Assembly (NCBI RefSeq): GCF_001194135.2
Contig: NC_068999.1
Location: forward strand, 51,565,872-51,600,886
DNA: 35,015 nt
From: Octopus bimaculoides
Lineage: Eukaryota
Reading direction: 5' to 3'
This document shows, piece after piece, positions 34,301 to 35,015 of this stretch. Below the pieces are notes generated by a model. That model saw nothing but the letters and a program-made list of their open reading frames with translations. It did not search any database and had not been told where the DNA came from. Each line of letters begins with the position of its first letter. The stretch's first letter is position 1. A program made the position numbers and the translations under genes.

Positions 34301-34780
34301 GTATGATTTGAAAATTTCTGTCAACTCTTTCAATTTTCAGGTGTTTGCAATAAAACTATTTCTTATTTGATCAAGAATAGATTTTACTTGATCAACTAAA
34401 ATATTCTATGTATTCACCATATCTGATAATAATTCTGCTTGTCACTTTGTTACTTAGCCCGCCCATAATGCTTCCACATGATTAGCTGAAGTGGGGGAGG
34501 GTGGGTGGATGGGAGGAGGAGGGGAGGGAGAGGTGGTGGTGAGTGAAATGAGTAATTTGTTTTGTTTTGAACAAAGTTCACCTTGGTGGTGGTAGTTGTG
34601 GTGGTGGTGGTGGTGGTGATCATATTATATGTATATCTTTAAATTAATTATTATTATCTTTAAATCTTGTGGTGTTCTCTTCAGTCCTGTACCCTGAGGC
34701 TACTAGCTACTGCTTATTTGGAGTTCAAGACTATTGAATCAAATAAAAAAGCACTGAATGCCGTCAATCTTGCAAACAAT
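22627..34780 (+). CDS. TEX11: TEX11/ZIP4/SPO22-like meiotic TPR protein, 5' part. Spliced CDS join(22627-22669,24149-24273,25730-25814,26536-26615,27418-27448,28203-28252,30636-30773,32153-32233,34163-34300,34685-34780); 3' incomplete
   Basis: Ten AG/GT-bounded exons join in compatible phases into 867 nt / 289 aa with no stop. The peptide is colinear with human TEX11 as I recall it: SLWNHA~NLWNWA; LFCYQAEI|[10 protein letters not shown]...AKDML~VLSYQAES|AVAQGDFQRA...CKDML; LCYNFGVE identical; [11 protein letters not shown]~FWLSQSYDIGK; LRLLATAYL...[10 protein letters not shown]~LRLLATNYL...[10 protein letters not shown]. No database search was run. Confidence 0.93.
24149..24273 (+). CDS. TEX11: TEX11 coding exon 2 ([42 protein letters not shown])
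   Basis: tttctttattaaag acceptor, cat|gtaaga donor, open frame, phase 1 to 0. Confidence 0.83.
24680..24900 (-). mobile_element. RTE-like LINE 3' fragment in TEX11 intron 2
   Basis: Minus strand reads [14 protein letters not shown]...KGKRGR, resembling the RTE C-terminal WIGH.LRK...GKRKRGRP motif. Confidence 0.55.
25465..25660 (-). mobile_element. Family-A SINE in TEX11 intron 2
   Basis: ttttgacacacggctag tail to gctaagcatttcgcccagcatgctagcaattct head in reverse orientation. Confidence 0.7.
25730..25814 (+). CDS. TEX11: TEX11 coding exon 3 ([28 protein letters not shown])
   Basis: tatttctag acceptor, t|gtgagt donor, conserved LWN motif, phase 0 to 1. Confidence 0.92.
26263..26474 (+). mobile_element. 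Family-A SINE with a perfect 18-bp target-site duplication
   Basis: AATATATATTGATGTAAA at 26245-26262 and 26475-26492 flanks a full head-core-tail copy. Confidence 0.92.
26536..26615 (+). CDS. TEX11: TEX11 coding exon 4 ([27 protein letters not shown])
   Basis: tcttttacag acceptor and atg|gttcgt (weak) donor. Length and phase 1 to 0 bridge exons 3 and 5 exactly. Confidence 0.86.
26870..27010 (+). mobile_element. Mariner 3' fragment with right TIR in TEX11 intron 4
   Basis: [21 protein letters not shown] followed by aattactttcttgccaacccaata, a mariner-type TIR ending in TA. Confidence 0.75.
27418..27448 (+). CDS. TEX11: TEX11 coding exon 5, 31-nt mini-exon ([10 protein letters not shown])
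   Basis: atatttcag acceptor, ag|gtaagt donor; corresponds to MNMRIGKEWL of human TEX11 (recalled). Confidence 0.88.
28203..28252 (+). CDS. TEX11: TEX11 coding exon 6 ([17 protein letters not shown])
   Basis: tatcatttcag acceptor, gag|gtatgt donor, phase 1 to 0. Confidence 0.89.
29735..30445. mobile_element. Penelope-like element remnant (GIY-YIG endonuclease), fold-back arrangement
   Basis: Plus 30281-30360 reads [26 protein letters not shown]. Minus 30000-29745 reads [19 protein letters not shown]...IIWKILE...HCKL...[18 protein letters not shown]. Together these match the YIG...NHKSSF...LS.H.W.LK...I.W.IL...C.LC...LNKR.E...C.H..KF pattern of Penelope GIY-YIG domains. Confidence 0.75.
30636..30773 (+). 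CDS. TEX11: TEX11 coding exon 7 ([10 protein letters not shown]...[15 protein letters not shown])
   Basis: tttctctttcag acceptor, att|gtaagt donor, YQAE motif. Confidence 0.94.
31421..31478 (+). repeat. 24-bp tandem duplication CTTTCCTTCTCCTGCCCTTAGCCT x about 2.4
   Basis: Direct reading. Confidence 0.9.
32153..32233 (+). CDS. TEX11: TEX11 coding exon 8 ([27 protein letters not shown])
   Basis: tttgtctgaaag acceptor, gag|gtaata donor, AQG...KDML motif. Confidence 0.94.
32410..33078 (-). mobile_element. Cluster of three minus-strand family-A SINEs (32410-32617; 32637-33078 with 32721-32938 nested inside it)
   Basis: TSD TTAGTTTCTTCGTTAATAT at 32618-32636 and 33079-33097; TSD AACTGGTACTTA at 32709-32720 and 32939-32950. 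Confidence 0.9.
33124..33335 (+). mobile_element. Family-A SINE with 18-bp TSD
   Basis: GATATA(G/A)CATAACACATA at 33106-33123 and 33336-33353. Confidence 0.9.
33610..33765 (-). mobile_element. Degenerate family-B SINE
   Basis: ccagtttcactcacaaggctt...gccacgcagtgg in reverse orientation. Confidence 0.6.
34163..34300 (+). CDS. TEX11: TEX11 coding exon 9 ([46 protein letters not shown])
   Basis: tacttttcag acceptor, cag|gtatga donor, LCYNFGVE and WLS.S.DIGK motifs. Confidence 0.96.
34685..34780 (+). CDS. TEX11: TEX11 coding exon 10 ([32 protein letters not shown])
   Basis: gttctcttcag acceptor, aat|gtaagt donor, LRLLAT.YL and [10 protein letters not shown] motifs. Confidence 0.96.
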
Positions 34781-35015
34781 GTAAGTACTATAGATCAGTT
34801 CCTGTCTTTGAATGAAGTCTTGTTGTTATTGGATGTCTAAGAAGCTAATCATTCAAAGATGAGTGTATGCCTGCATGGATATATATGTATGTGTGCATGT
34901 GTATGTGTGTATGTGTATGTAGGTATCCATGTGTATCTTTATATATGCATGTGTATGTGTAAGTTTGTGTATTTTGATATTTATATATATATAAACATAC
35001 ATATATATATATATA

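Overview
AT-rich, microsatellite-dense animal genomic DNA with 10 assembly gaps. The SINE families and simple-repeat load suggest an Octopus/coleoid cephalopod genome (inference). Nearly every ORF in the supplied track is an artefact of (AT)n/(GT)n/(GATA)n repeats or N-runs. Manual splice-aware reading finds one real gene that the track misses. It is the 5' part of a TEX11/ZIP4 (SPO22) meiotic crossover TPR-protein orthologue on the + strand, with 10 phase-compatible coding exons (22627-34780, 867 nt = 289 aa) that continue past the window end. A CpG-richer candidate promoter lies near 20.1-20.6 kb. The rest is decayed mobile DNA: two tRNA-derived SINE families, an RTE-clade LINE whose 5' part is inverted in a twin-priming geometry, a fold-back Penelope GIY-YIG remnant, mariner fragments and a MITE. 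There is also a 21/22-bp minisatellite, a few hairpins and some orphan exon-like islands. No prokaryotic-type system (CRISPR, operon etc.) is present.
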